From assembly GCA_000092065.1 (NCBI GenBank), contig CP000590.1: a DNA stretch of 64,000 nt; one strand, written 5' to 3'. Positions 1-11,316 of the stretch are shown one piece after another. The stretch's first letter is position 1. The number at the start of each line of letters is the position of its first letter. The notes under the pieces are model-generated. The model did not search any database and had not been told where the DNA came from. It was given only the letters and a program-made list of their open reading frames with translations. Both the position numbers and the translations under genes were made by a program. Source of the DNA: Ostreococcus lucimarinus (Eukaryota).

Positions 1-135
1 CGTCGTCGTCGTCGTCGCCGTCGCGGTTCGTCCGTCGTCGTCGCTCGCGCTCGCGTCGCTCTCCGCGCCGGCGTCGCTCGCGTCCGAGTCCTCGAACGCG
101 TCGCCCCATCCGAGGTCGTCCGCGACGTCGCGCAT
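1..135 (-). CDS. 5' end of an unidentified gene that runs off the left edge (acidic N-terminus MRDVADDLGWGDAFEDSDAS...)
   Basis: ATG at 135-133 on the minus strand. The frame stays open to position 1 with mostly G/C-ending codons. It is too short for the ORF track and has no recognisable domain. Confidence 0.3.
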   Translation of the reverse strand, partial: MRDVADDLGWGDAFEDSDASDAGAESDASASDDDGRTATATTTTT

Positions 136-186
136 CGCGTCGCGCAGTCGCGCGGCTGTCGCGACGGATTCGAATCGCGCGCGCGC

Positions 187-400
187 CGACCGACCGCGAT
201 TCTGACTGTTCGCGCATACGACACGCGACCGACCGACCGCGATTCTGACTGTTTGCGCATACGACACGCGACCGACCGACCGCGAGTCTGACTGTGTGCG
301 CATACGACACGCGACCGACCGACCGCGATTCTGACTGCGTGCGCATACGACACGCGACCGACCGACCGCGATTCTAACTGTTTGCGCATACGCACGACGC
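187..400. repeat. 43-bp tandem repeat, 5 copies (first unit 39 bp), unit cgaccgaccgaccgcgattctgactgtttgcgcatacgacacg
   Basis: The gattctgactg core recurs at 198, 241, 284, 327 and 370, an exact 43-bp period with 1-3 substitutions per unit. It lies between two diverging genes (ATGs at 135 and 501). Confidence 0.95.
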
Positions 401-500
401 GGACCATTATCCAAACCTCGCGCCGTCGCGCCGTCGCGACGCGCGCGCGCGCCACGCGGCGACGCCGCCGAAGGACGCGACGCGAGGACGCGCGCGGACG

Positions 501-1265
501 ATGGCGACGGTTCGCGCGGCGACGCCGACGACGCGCGGAGCGACGACGGCGACGCGGACGACGACGACGACGACGACGACGCGATGGACGGGACGACGAC
601 GACGCGCGGGCGCGGCGGCGCGCGCGACGCGCGAGGACGCGGCGCGACCGGTGGTGATCATAGACAACTACGATAGCTTTACGTATAATCTGTCGCAGTA
701 CCTCGGGGATTGCGGGTGCGCGCACGCGGTGTATAAGAACGACGAGGTGACGGTGGAGGAGGTGCGCGCGATGCGGCCGCGCGGCGTGATGGTGTCGCCG
801 GGACCGGGACGACCGGAGGACTCGGGGATCTCGCTGGACGTCGTGCGAGAGCTTGGACCGGAATTCGGCGTGTTCGGGGTGTGCATGGGACATCAGTGCA
901 TCGGACAGGTGTTCGGGGGGGACATCGTGCGCGCGCCGACGGGGTTGATGCACGGCAAGTCGTCGCCGGTGACGCATCGAACGGATTTGGACACGGTGCT
1001 GAGCGGACTGCCGAGCCCGTTTCAGGCGGCGCGGTATCACTCGTTGGTGATATCGCGGGATAATTTTCCCGAGGATGCGCTCGAGGTGACGGCGTGGACG
1101 GAGGACGGGACCGTCATGGCGGTGAAGCACAAGGCGTATCCTTGGATTCAGGGCGTGCAGTTTCATCCCGAGTCCATCATCACCGAGAACGGGCTGTTGA
1201 TCGTGAAGAATTGGGTGAAAATGATCAACGACAGGGCGGCGGAATCGGAGTTAGCGCGCGCGTAG
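501..1265 (+). CDS. Class-I glutamine amidotransferase, anthranilate synthase component II type (TrpG/PabA), with a Thr/Arg-rich presequence
   Basis: VVIIDNYDSFTYNL, GVCMGHQ (nucleophile Cys) and VQFHPES motifs. ATG at 501. TrpG and PabA cannot be told apart by eye. Confidence 0.9.
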   Translation: MATVRAATPTTRGATTATRTTTTTTTTRWTGRRRRAGAAARATREDAARPVVIIDNYDSFTYNLSQYLGDCGCAHAVYKNDEVTVEEVRAMRPRGVMVSPGPGRPEDSGISLDVVRELGPEFGVFGVCMGHQCIGQVFGGDIVRAPTGLMHGKSSPVTHRTDLDTVLSGLPSPFQAARYHSLVISRDNFPEDALEVTAWTEDGTVMAVKHKAYPWIQGVQFHPESIITENGLLIVKNWVKMINDRAAESELARA

Positions 1266-1545
1266 GCGCGGGAAAGAGCGCGGGAAAGAGCGCGGGAAGC
1301 GCGGGCGGAAATCTCGCTTCGCGAGCGCCGCGCCGCCATCGATTCGTCGCGCGTTTCCTTCGCGTTCACGAGCGTAATGGTACTTAATTCAAAAACCACC
1401 GCTTTACCCGCTCGCGTCGTCGCGACGCATCGCGCGCGCGCCCCGGCGTCGTCGAATCGCGCGCGCGTCTCGTCTCGCGTCCACCCTCGGTCGGCACCGC
1501 GGGTCGGCACCGCGGGTCCCGCACTTTTCCGCGCGTCCGCCCGCC

Positions 1546-2004
1546 ATGATCACCGCTCGATCGCTCGCCGCGCTCACGCGCGCGTGCGCGCGCACCGCGC
1601 GCGCGCCGTCGGCGTCCGCGTGCGCCCGTCACGCCGTCGTCGCGCGCGCGACGCCCCGCGCGCGCGCCTTCGCCGCCGGCGCGCCGTGGGCGAACATCGA
1701 CGTCAGCGCGCTCAAGGACATGCTCGACAGCGCGAGCGACGACGACACGATGTTCGTGGACGTGCGCGAGCGCGACGAGTGGGACGCCGCGCGATTGCCG
1801 CGATTCGAGCTCAAGCCGCTGAGCGCGGCGGGGGAGTGGTTGGAGACGCTGCCGAGGGATAAAAAGTTGGTCGTCATGTGCAAGGGAGGCGTGCGAAGCG
1901 AAAAGGCGTGCGCGGCGCTGGCGCAGTGCGGATACGACGATTTGGTGAACGTCGAGGGGGGGATCATGACGTACGCGCAGGCGTACGGGCTGCCGGCGCC
2001 GTGA
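1546..2004 (+). CDS. Single-domain rhodanese-like protein with an N-terminal targeting-like extension
   Basis: DVRERDEW ... VVMCKGGVRS (active-site loop CxxGxR) ... NVEGGI. ATG at 1546. Confidence 0.8.
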   Translation: MITARSLAALTRACARTARAPSASACARHAVVARATPRARAFAAGAPWANIDVSALKDMLDSASDDDTMFVDVRERDEWDAARLPRFELKPLSAAGEWLETLPRDKKLVVMCKGGVRSEKACAALAQCGYDDLVNVEGGIMTYAQAYGLPAP

Positions 2005-2086
2005 GCTCGAGGCGAATTTTCTCGACCGGTTTTACGAGGCCGTTTAATATACAAACAAAACCGCTAATCGCTCTGCACTACGATCG

Positions 2087-2227
2087 CTACTGCTGAGGGC
2101 TAGGTCGTTCGCGGTGATCGCTCTGCGGCCACGGGGTTCCTATGGGCGTTCGTTCGGGGGCTTTCGGAAGGAGACACTCGTGCCAAATCTCAAACGAATA
2201 CGCGTAGCGCCCATCGCGATGTTTGCC

Positions 2228-2272
<45 letters not shown>

Positions 2273-3409
2273 CTGCGTGACTTTGACGTCCAACACGTAC
2301 TCGTCGAAGAGAAGGACGTTCTGGAAATAGTCCATTGTGTAGACGTCTTCGGTGTTGAAGTAATACTCCTCATTTTCGCTCGGGTCAGAAAATATCGCGC
2401 ACCGCTCGTCAATCGTCTTCGGCGTCGCGAACCGACCGCCGAATCGGCGCGTGTCTTCGCCGATCTCCGCCGTCGGCTCCGGCGCGTCTTCTTCTGCGTG
2501 AGCCGCTAACACGCTCAGCGTCGAACCTAGCGGTGCGTAGTAGTACGGCACATCGCACAGCATGTCCACCGAAAGCCCGGGCGTGAGAAGCTTGAAGAAT
2601 TGCTCGCCCGCGAACACCAAAGTGCGCGGCGGGATGTTCTCAAACGCGCGATCGAATTCTCCGCCCGTGAGCATGTCGCTCACCTTGACTTTTTCCTTAA
2701 ACTTTCCCTGGACCAACACTTGAAACGTGCACTTTTTCACCCGATAAAACTCGCTCGACGTCTTCGTGTGCGCGTCCTCCACGCCTTTAAATCGACACAC
2801 AATCTTCCCGCGGAACAACTCCGTCTCGAATTCCATCGCGCTCTCCGTGTTCACCGGCGCGTTGGCGTCGATCGCGCTCGGCGCCTTCACCCCTCGACCG
2901 CGTTCGCTCTTCAGCACCGGTCCGCGTTCGGACGCCCATCCGTCGAGCGCCGTCGTCTTCGTCCGCGGGCTCGCGCGCACGAAAATCGGTCGGTGCGGCC
3001 ACGTCGTCGCCGGCGGCAGCGCGCATCGTCCCCGCGTCGCCGCCGTCGTCCTCCCGAACGATTCGCGCCCGACGGCGTCGCTCGCCGTCTCGTCTCGCCG
3101 CGCGCGCGCGTCGCCGCGCGCGCTCCAAAACGCCGCCGCGTTCCCGCCGCCGCTTCGCGTCGCCGCCGCCGCTGCGACGTCGCGCCACCGCCAACCGCGC
3201 GCGCGCATCCGCCCCAGCGCGTCGCTCGGGACGAGCAGCGACCAGAACACGCCCGCGCACGGCGCGAGGCACACCGCGACGTCGACGCGAAGCGCCGACG
3301 CGAGCGCGAGCGCGAGCACGAAGAGAATCAGCGTCCCGCACGCGACGTGCGACGTCCACGCGAGCGCGACGAGCGCGTCGCCGAGCGTGCGCGTCGCGGC
3401 GCGCGCCAT
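2087..3409 (-). CDS. Membrane-anchored DUF1769-family protein
   Basis: The C-terminal 250 aa (FRGKIVCRFKG...TFQVLVQGKFKE...YYFNTEDVYTMDYFQN...) match my memory of DUF1769. Hydrophobic helices follow the ATG at 3409. The upstream part of the 748-aa track ORF is antisense to the next gene and was trimmed. Confidence 0.6.
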
Positions 3410-3506
3410 CGCGTCGCGAGCGTCGCGCGGCGTCGCGCGCGCGCGCGTGTGCGGGCGAGACGGTTCGGTTCGCGCGCCCATCGGTCGGTCGGGACATCGC
3501 GACGCG

Positions 3507-4597
3507 ATGCGCGCGCGCGCCGCTCGAGCGCGCGTCGGCGTCGCGCGCGCGACGCCGCGCGATCGTCGCGCGCGACCGCGACCGCGCGCGGACGCCGAGG
3601 CGCGCTCGAACGGCGCGCGCGCGGCGAATGAACTTCCAACCGTCTTGCGAGAGGTTGACGACGCGGCGCGCGCGCTCGACGCGGCGCGCGCGGCGATCGC
3701 CGTCGCGATGCGCGCGCGCGGACGGAACGCCGTCGCGGAACGCAAGCGCGATTCGACGATCGCGACGGTGGCGGACGTCGCCGCGCAGGTGGCGTGCGCG
3801 AGGGCGCTGCGCGGCGGCGAGGGCGAAGATTTCGTGGGCGAGGAGACGACGCGAGCGCTGGACGGTGACGCCGACGTCGTGACGGCGATTTTGACGGCGT
3901 GTGGGGCGGGAGTGGACGAAACGGAGGCGAGGGAACGGCTGAGGGAGACGTCGGGGGGGATCGGGCGGTACTGGGTGTGCGATCCTCTGGACGGCACGAA
4001 GGCGTTCGCGGCGAGCGACGACGCGGATAAACAATACGTGCTCGGATTGGCGCTCATGAGCGACGTCGGGACGCCGGAGATCGCGGTGATGATAGCGCCG
4101 AAGTGGCCGGGCGGAGGATTGGAGGTGGTCGCCGCGCGCGGTCGCGGGTGTTTCGCTCGCTCGCGCGACGACGAGACGAGCGCGTTTCGGCGCGTTTCGT
4201 GCGCGCAGCCGAAAGCGTTGTCGGACGCGAACGTCGTCATTTCGGCGCACGAATCGTTCGAGTCTTTGCCGCTCGGCCGGGCGGGCGTGTCGCCGGCGCG
4301 GGTGCGCCGATTGTGTTGCGGGAGTCTGTGCAAATACGTCGACGTCGTCGCTGGCTCGTCGTCGATTTTTATTCAACACGCAAAGGAGGGCGGCGACGAC
4401 GCGTGCGTCAATTCTTGGGATCACGCCGCGGGTGTTTTATGCGCCGAAGAGGCTGGTTGTGTCGTGACGGATTTACACGGACGCTCGCTCGGGTTTCTCG
4501 GTCGCGACGGCGACAGACGGCGTTTCTCGCCGGGCGGCGGCGGCGTGATTTGTGCGGCGAAAAGCGTTCACGAGAACGTCGTGCGAGCATTTCGAGA

Positions 4598-4619
<22 letters not shown>
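3507..4619 (+). CDS. SAL1: 3'(2'),5'-bisphosphate nucleotidase / inositol monophosphatase family (SAL1/HAL2-like)
   Basis: WVCDPLDGTKAF and WDHAAG motifs. The start is placed at ATG 3507, ahead of an Arg/Ala-rich presequence. It diverges from the 2087-3409 gene with a 97-bp gap. Confidence 0.8.
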
Positions 4620-4642
<23 letters not shown>

Positions 4643-4677
4643 GTGGCTGTGTACGTAGTATCAATAGCTTAGAATGG

Positions 4678-6154
4678 CTAACACACGCTAAGATACGCCT
4701 GCGCACGTCTGAGCGACTGCGTGAGGTGCGGATGCTGGTTGATTTCATAGCGAATCGCCGCGCTCAGATTGTCGCGCTTTGACTCCAACCGCGAGATTAA
4801 GTGTGCGTACCGTTCACGCTCGTCATTCGATCGCTCGACGTTTTCATCCGTGCCTTCTCCGCCTTTACCAAGTTTTTCAAATCGTTGCGCCATCTTTTGC
4901 AAACTGCTCGTGCCGAGGAGCGCGCGTTCGTACTTTTCGTTTAAACGCGTGGTGGCGTCGACGCGAAGATAATCACGTCGATCGCTCAAGTCGGACATTA
5001 TCGCCGCGATTTTACCGTGCGCGTCTTGCGTTTCCAGATACTCTTTCTCCAGTGCGTCGAGCTTTGGTTTTAGGTCCGCCGTCGCTTTCTGCGCCTCCGC
5101 TAACCGTCTTCGCACGTCGCTCCGAGCGCGCTTCGCAGTCGCCACCATTTCAGCCTCTCGAGCTTCTTCGCCGTCGGCGTCGATTTTGGATTGAATCACA
5201 TCGCCTTTTGCGACGATTATCTCTCGACGCTTGACGCAAGACTCTACCTTCGCCGCGATGTTGCTTCGAGTCGATTCGAGTTTGTGCAAAACGACGGCGA
5301 GCTTGGCGTTTTCCTGCTTGGCGCTCGCCACCTCGCTGTTTCCTTTCGTCGGATCGAGCATGATTTGGGCGTGACGTTCAAACTCAATTCGTCTTTCGAG
5401 ATCTGCGATGGCTCGGTTGATGCGATCGGCGTCCAGATGCGCAGTTCGCACGGCTTCCTCGCGATTGGAAATTTCCACGCGCAACTTCAAATTCTCTCCG
5501 CTGAGCGCGTCGATCTCACCTGCGCGCGCGTTCTCGACTTCGAGCGATCGAATCGCATTTTCGCGCGCACTGGATTCTGTTTGCGCGATTTTCTCATCGA
5601 TTGCGCAAAGCTTGCGTCGTTGACGCTCGATTGTTTTGTTCATGGATTCGCATTCTTCGGCGTAACGACGCGAATTTCTCTCATGTCGATCCCGCTTCTT
5701 CGTCAGTACGTTGTTGTCTTGCACATGCCGGTCGAACTGTTCGATCGCATCTCGACATCGTTCCTCATGGGATACAATGACTTTTTGTGCTCTGAGCCAA
5801 ATCTCACGAAGCCGCCGACAGTTTTGTTCGTTCGACTTAATCTCGTTTCGTAAATGCGCAATTTGTGCCTCGAGCGGGCCAACGTGCTCGGGCGAGACAT
5901 CCCGCAACTTTTCGAGTGTCTTGTTAAGTGCGTCCATCTTTGAAGTGTTATTTTCGATTGCCTCGACGTTACGTGCGATTTCTCTTTCGCACGCGTCGAT
6001 GGCGACACGCCTCTCCGCAACGTTCTTCTCCACGTCAGCCAATCTTTCCCGAATTGTTGACTCTTCTCCCGAGCTGCGCAACATCTCAATCTTGGTTTTT
6101 GCAACTTTGTGCTTCACCACTGTTGATTCATTTCTCGCGACACGTGCGCGCTCT

Positions 6155-6199
<45 letters not shown>

Positions 6200-7488
6200 G
6201 TCGTCATCTTTTCTGCGACGTGCAATAACGCGCGCTCTTGGAGCTCGAAAAGCGCGTGCGTGTGCACCACGTAAGATTGATCGACACGTTCGATCTCGAC
6301 GTCGATTTCGTTCGCGCGGCGCTCCTCGCCGCGCGCGATCTCGTCGTGGTTTCTTGCGCCCAGTTGTACGGCATCACTTTGAGACTTCTTGTCGTCGATA
6401 GCCGCCCTTAAGGAAACGATGAGCGCATCCGCGACTTCAATATCTTTGTCTAGTCTGCTCAGCACTTCAACGTGCGTGCTTTGCGTCGCGTACGCGTCAA
6501 CGAGGCCTTCTTTCACGCCGTCGCGTTCAGCGTCGAGAAGGCGACACGATTCCTCCAGTTCGCGTACTTCTGTTCTACTCCGCTCTAGCATCTCGTCCTC
6601 TTTACCGACTTGCTGAAGCACAAACTTCCACCTCTTGCACGACGCGTCCATACTCGTGTTGATGCTCGAAATTGCATAGTCGCACGTTTCGATTTGCGCC
6701 TGAATCGCCGCCGCGTCTCGCTCAGCGTCTTCGGCGGCTTTGACGTTTTCGAGCGCCGCCGCTCTGGCGCGCTCCACGCACTCCTTCACGTATTTGATAC
6801 GAATCTCACGATTTAACCGCTCACGCTCGGCCGTGTCAACCATATCCGAAGTGACGCTCGCAATGCGTTGAATCACGGCCGTGACGCCTTCGCGATCTCT
6901 CGCCACGGCGCCGTCCTCACGCGTGGCGAGCGCCAAATCTTCCAACTCCACTCGACGTTTCATCGCGCGTCCACGCGCTTCCTCGAGCGCGCGCGCCGCA
7001 CCCTCAGCGTCGCGCTCAAACGCTTCAGTATCACGCTCGGCCGTTTCCCGCGCTTCCCGACAGCGTCGTCGCGTCTCGTCCGTCGACACCCACTCCGCGC
7101 GCGACCTCGCGAGCTCGCCTTGCAGCGCGTACAACTCCACGCCGACGTCCTCGCGCTCGCGCTTTGCCGCGCGCAGCGCGCGGTCGGCGTCGACTGACTT
7201 TTCATTCAACTCATGTAGCCTCGCTTCGAGCTGCGCGCGAAGCGAGGTTTGCGCCGCGCGCACGCGCGCCATCGCATCCGTCTCGACATCACGCATCTCG
7301 GTCCGCGTCACGTCGGCCTCGCGCCTCCCCCGCGCGCGTCGATTCGCGTCGACGCGCGTAGATTCACGTCGACGCGACGATTCGATCGACACGCGCGGCT
7401 CGCGCGGCGCGCGTCGCGGCGCGTCGCGTTCTCTCGTGCGCGCGCTCGCGTGACGGTTGGTGTAAATACGGAACGCCTTTTTTGGCAT
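4678..7488 (-). CDS. 936-aa coiled-coil protein, possibly an axonemal CCDC39/CCDC40-like ruler protein
   Basis: Uninterrupted ORF with ATG at 7488 and heptad-rich E/R/K/L sequence throughout. The family assignment rests only on overall resemblance. Confidence 0.55.
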
Positions 7489-7597
7489 TTTCGGTCAAAG
7501 ACTGAGTCAACGACGACGCGGCGAACGCGGCGACGCGCTATTTATAGTCGCGCGCGACGCTCGCCGCGCGCGCGAGGCGATCGCGCGCGAAGAGCCG

Positions 7598-8788
7598 ATG
7601 TCCGCCGTCGCCGTCTCGGCGGTGGACGCGCTGGACGACGCGCGACACGCGTCGTCGCGCGCGAATGAGCATAAAGTGCACCAGCGTTGGCGCGAAGTCA
7701 TGCGCGCGCGGCGTCGACGCGCGACGCGCGAGGAGATCGAGAGCGCGGCGAAGGCGCACGATGATGCGTTGGATGATCGCGAGCGTGCGCTCGCGAACTT
7801 GGACGCGGCGATGGACGAGAGCGAACGCACGCACAGGGTCGAGGCGGAGGCGCAGGCGAGACGGTTGGAGGAGGCGTCGACGCGCGCGGACGCGGAGACG
7901 GCGACGATCGATGCGCGCGCGACTGGACGGTTGCGCGCGCTCCGCGAGACATTTGAAAGTGAGGACGCGCGCGCGGACGAACGGTGGCGAGAAGACGTTC
8001 AAGAGGCGTTGGAGCGCGCGGAGGCGGGACGCACAGCGTTTGAGCGAGAACAAGACGCGAGGCGCGCGAGTTTTGAAGACAAACGAGAGGAGATTCGGAA
8101 TCAGCACGGCGAGGACGTGTCGACGATGAAAATTATGTATGAAAACAAAATCAAAGAGCTCGAGAGCGAGCTCGCGCGAGTGACCGCGCCGAGCGTCACG
8201 AAGGGAGAATTAGGATGCGCCGACAATCACTGGGACGCCGAAGAAGAGCTCGACCACGAACGAGCGTACGAGCTCATTCGCGCGCGTGACGACGCGGACG
8301 CGAAACGCCTGGCGAACACAAAGCGCCAGATCCAGAAACTCCAATCCAAAGTCGATCATTGGCGCGAGAAGACGCACTCGCGAACTTCTGAATGGAACGC
8401 CTCGCACGCTCGCCGCGTCGCCGAGCGAGACCAACTCCTTCGTCGATACGACGACGTGAAATCCGGCGTCACCGCCATGCGCGACGCCCGCGCATCGGCG
8501 CTGCGCAAAATGTGCGTCTCAAGCGAGCACGCCATAAAAGAGCTCACGAGAACCTTGGAGCACGCTCGCCGCGTGCTCCGCGTGGAATCGCTCAACGCCG
8601 ACCTTCGTCGCCGGCACGGCGTCGACGTCGAAGCGTCCACACATTCGCCTCGCCGTTCCTCGCGCGACGCCGCGAGCGACGCCATCGCCGACTATCATTT
8701 CTCCGACGCACCTATGGATTACGCGCAGAGCGTCCTCGAGCGGTTTTACGCCCGCAGAACGGCTCAATCTTCCCCTCGCGCGCCGTAG
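7598..8788 (+). CDS. Coiled-coil protein with an NYD-SP28-like N-terminus (dynein regulatory complex DRC1/DRC2-like)
   Basis: HQRWREVMRARRRRATREEIE... resembles the WR-x-[IV]-x-R...EIE start of CCDC65/DRC-type proteins. ATG at 7598, 109 bp from the diverging coiled-coil gene. Confidence 0.5.
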   Translation: MSAVAVSAVDALDDARHASSRANEHKVHQRWREVMRARRRRATREEIESAAKAHDDALDDRERALANLDAAMDESERTHRVEAEAQARRLEEASTRADAETATIDARATGRLRALRETFESEDARADERWREDVQEALERAEAGRTAFEREQDARRASFEDKREEIRNQHGEDVSTMKIMYENKIKELESELARVTAPSVTKGELGCADNHWDAEEELDHERAYELIRARDDADAKRLANTKRQIQKLQSKVDHWREKTHSRTSEWNASHARRVAERDQLLRRYDDVKSGVTAMRDARASALRKMCVSSEHAIKELTRTLEHARRVLRVESLNADLRRRHGVDVEASTHSPRRSSRDAASDAIADYHFSDAPMDYAQSVLERFYARRTAQSSPRAP

Positions 8789-8936
8789 CCAAATCCAAGC
8801 CATTTGTAGCGCGCACGACCGCCCAGCACATCAGCACACGCTCGCGCGCGCGACAACGCGAACGCACCCGCGCCGCCGCGACGCGACGCGAGGAAGCGAA
8901 ACGAAAGAACGCTTTTCGAGCGTCGGCGCGCGCGCC

Positions 8937-11285
8937 ATGTCGCGCGACGACGACGATGCGACGAAGAAATCGACCAAGACGAAGAAACCAAAGTTTGGTG
9001 GCGGCGGCGGCGCGCTGAATCAAAATGACGTCGTCACGGACGCCCGTTTCAGCGCCATGCACCGCGACCCGCGGTTCATGGCGATGCCGAAGAAGACAGG
9101 CGCGGTGCAGATCGACTCGAGGTTCGCGGGAGTGTTCGATGATCCGAATTTCGCGAGCGGAGGAGGCACGAGCGGGACGGACAAGCGCGGGAGACGCGCG
9201 GAGGATGAAAGAGGAGCGAAACTGGACGCACGCGCAAAGCAAAGGAAGGAGATGCGAGCGTATTACAAAATGGACGATGAAGATGATGATTCCGACGGCG
9301 ATGAGGGGTTGGAAGAGCGCATGGAGAAGTCGATGGATCGAATGCGCGGGGTCGGTTTGGAATCGTCAAGCGAGGAGGAGAGCGACGAAAGCGAGGACGA
9401 GGAAGGCGTCGATGAAGAGGATGAGGGGGTGCTGCCGACGATGCTCGTCGGAGAGGCGGATAAAGATATACCCACCATCGACGCAACGCGTCGGCTGGCG
9501 ATCGTGAATTGTGAATGGCAACATATTCGGGCGTGCGATTTGTACGCGGTGTTGCGATCCTTTGCGCCAAAGGGCGGGTCATTGGAGCGCGTGACGGTGT
9601 ACCCGAGCGATTTCGGGTTAGAGCGCATGGCGGTGGAGAATAAATACGGTCCTTTAAGCGCGTTTCAAAAAGATGAGTCGAAAAAGAAGTCAACGTTGAA
9701 CGCGGCGACGACGAAGAGAAAGGCGTCGGGGAACGAAAGCGACGACGCTGACGCGGCGGATAACGAACAAATGCGACAGTACGAGCGTGATAGATTGCGC
9801 TATTACTACGCTATCGCAGAATTCGATACAGTGAAGACCGCAATGGGGGTATATCACGAGTGCGATGGGATCGAGTACGAGCGATCGAGTTTTAAACTCG
9901 ATTTGCGTTACGTCCCGGACGACCAATCGTTTGAGGAACGCGAGGTTCGCGATACCGCCACGGATATTCCTCCCGATTACGAAGCTCCCGAGTTTCAAGT
10001 CAAGGCGCTGCAGCACTCGAACGTCAAGTTATCGTGGGACGATGATGACCCGACTCGGCGTAAAACGTTTCGACGTAAAATCACCGAGGACAATCTCAAG
10101 GATGAAGATTTCGCCGCCTATCTCGCGTCTGACTCCGACGACGAGGACGAATCCGAGCAATCCGAGGATGAAGAAAATGAAGCAGACGCCAAGGCAGCGA
10201 AAAAAGCGTACTTGGCTAAACTTCTCGGCGGGAGTGGTGACGCCGACGTTGATGCCGATGCCGGTGCGGAGAAGGATGACTTTTTTGTATCTGACGACGA
10301 CGACGACGACGGCGAGGACACCGCCAAGGCGTCCACGAAGGCGTTTAAAACGAAACGCGATAAACAGCGCTACGGCTCGAAAAGCAACGCAGGTGACATG
10401 GAAGTGACATTTCACGCCGGTCTCGAAGAGTTCGGTGCGCGCATTAAGAAGAAACAGAAAGACGGAAAGCTCGGCGCGCAGGAGACGGTTTACGAACGGC
10501 AAGAGCGCCTGCGCAAGGAAAAGCGCGAAGCGAAACGATTAGCGAATAAGGATAAAGGAGAAGTCAATGAAAAAGAGTCCGACGACGTTGCGGGTGGCGC
10601 CGACGGCGAGCCAGCGACGTTTGACGACCCGTTCTTCATGGACGATGGTGGTGACGTCGACTTTGACGCCGAGTACGATTCTGAAGACGGCGCCCCGAAG
10701 GCCAAGAAGAAGGCGAAAAGTAAGTTTACGGACGACGACGACGCGCCGAGCAAGACGAACTTGAAAAAGGCGAAGAAAGCTGCTAAGCGCGGTGAAGTAG
10801 ATGAACAAGCTCAAGCCGATTTGGAGCTGTTGATGATGGACGAGAAGGAAATTCTCGGCAAATCCGACGGCGTCTCCGCTCGTCGCGCTGCTATTAAGCC
10901 TGCCGACGGCGGAGAGCCGACCAAGAAGAAGTCGCGAAAAGAGCGTCTCGCCGAGAAACGCCGTCTCCGCGGCAAAGCCGCACGGCGTGCTGAGAGTGAT
11001 GACGACGACGACGGCGAAGTGAACAAGTTGGACACGGCGGACGATCGCTTTGCCGGATTGTACGAGTCGCATCACTTCAGTCTCGACCCCACGGATCCAC
11101 GTTACAAAGACGTGCAGAATAAGACGCTCATTATTAGTGAAAGAGACAAGCGGCGCCAGAAGAAAGCGGAAAAGAAATCTAGCAAGACTGTCAGCGCGCT
11201 TGAGTCGCAGGCGAAGGAAATCGGGTCGTCTGAACTGCAGAACATGATGGCGTCGCTCAAGAGGAAATCCAAAGTCAAGAAGTGA
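8937..11285 (+). CDS. ESF1: ESF1 homologue (nucleolar pre-rRNA processing, NUC153 domain)
   Basis: RLAIVNCEWQHIRACDLYAVLRSF, RLRYYYAIAEFDTVKTA, the DPRF/DSRF boxes and the C-terminal DDRFAGLYESHHFSLDPTDPRYK. Confidence 0.85.
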   Translation: MSRDDDDATKKSTKTKKPKFGGGGGALNQNDVVTDARFSAMHRDPRFMAMPKKTGAVQIDSRFAGVFDDPNFASGGGTSGTDKRGRRAEDERGAKLDARAKQRKEMRAYYKMDDEDDDSDGDEGLEERMEKSMDRMRGVGLESSSEEESDESEDEEGVDEEDEGVLPTMLVGEADKDIPTIDATRRLAIVNCEWQHIRACDLYAVLRSFAPKGGSLERVTVYPSDFGLERMAVENKYGPLSAFQKDESKKKSTLNAATTKRKASGNESDDADAADNEQMRQYERDRLRYYYAIAEFDTVKTAMGVYHECDGIEYERSSFKLDLRYVPDDQSFEEREVRDTATDIPPDYEAPEFQVKALQHSNVKLSWDDDDPTRRKTFRRKITEDNLKDEDFAAYLASDSDDEDESEQSEDEENEADAKAAKKAYLAKLLGGSGDADVDADAGAEKDDFFVSDDDDDDGEDTAKASTKAFKTKRDKQRYGSKSNAGDMEVTFHAGLEEFGARIKKKQKDGKLGAQETVYERQERLRKEKREAKRLANKDKGEVNEKESDDVAGGADGEPATFDDPFFMDDGGDVDFDAEYDSEDGAPKAKKKAKSKFTDDDDAPSKTNLKKAKKAAKRGEVDEQAQADLELLMMDEKEILGKSDGVSARRAAIKPADGGEPTKKKSRKERLAEKRRLRGKAARRAESDDDDDGEVNKLDTADDRFAGLYESHHFSLDPTDPRYKDVQNKTLIISERDKRRQKKAEKKSSKTVSALESQAKEIGSSELQNMMASLKRKSKVKK

Positions 11286-11316
11286 TTGTAGTGTAAAACT
11301 AACCTAAAATCTACTG

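Noticed and set aside
187-400. 43-bp repeat array read as a CRISPR array
   Set aside because: The units are contiguous with no unique spacers, the context is eukaryotic, and there are no cas genes.
2087-4619. The 748-aa (minus strand) and 617-aa (plus strand) track ORFs taken at full length, and likewise 35842-39876 (1344 aa) and 34563-37034 (823 aa)
   Set aside because: The members of each pair overlap antisense over hundreds of codons. Only the domain-bearing parts look coding, so I trimmed them to internal ATGs (3409/3507 and 36389/36667), which gives short divergent spacers.
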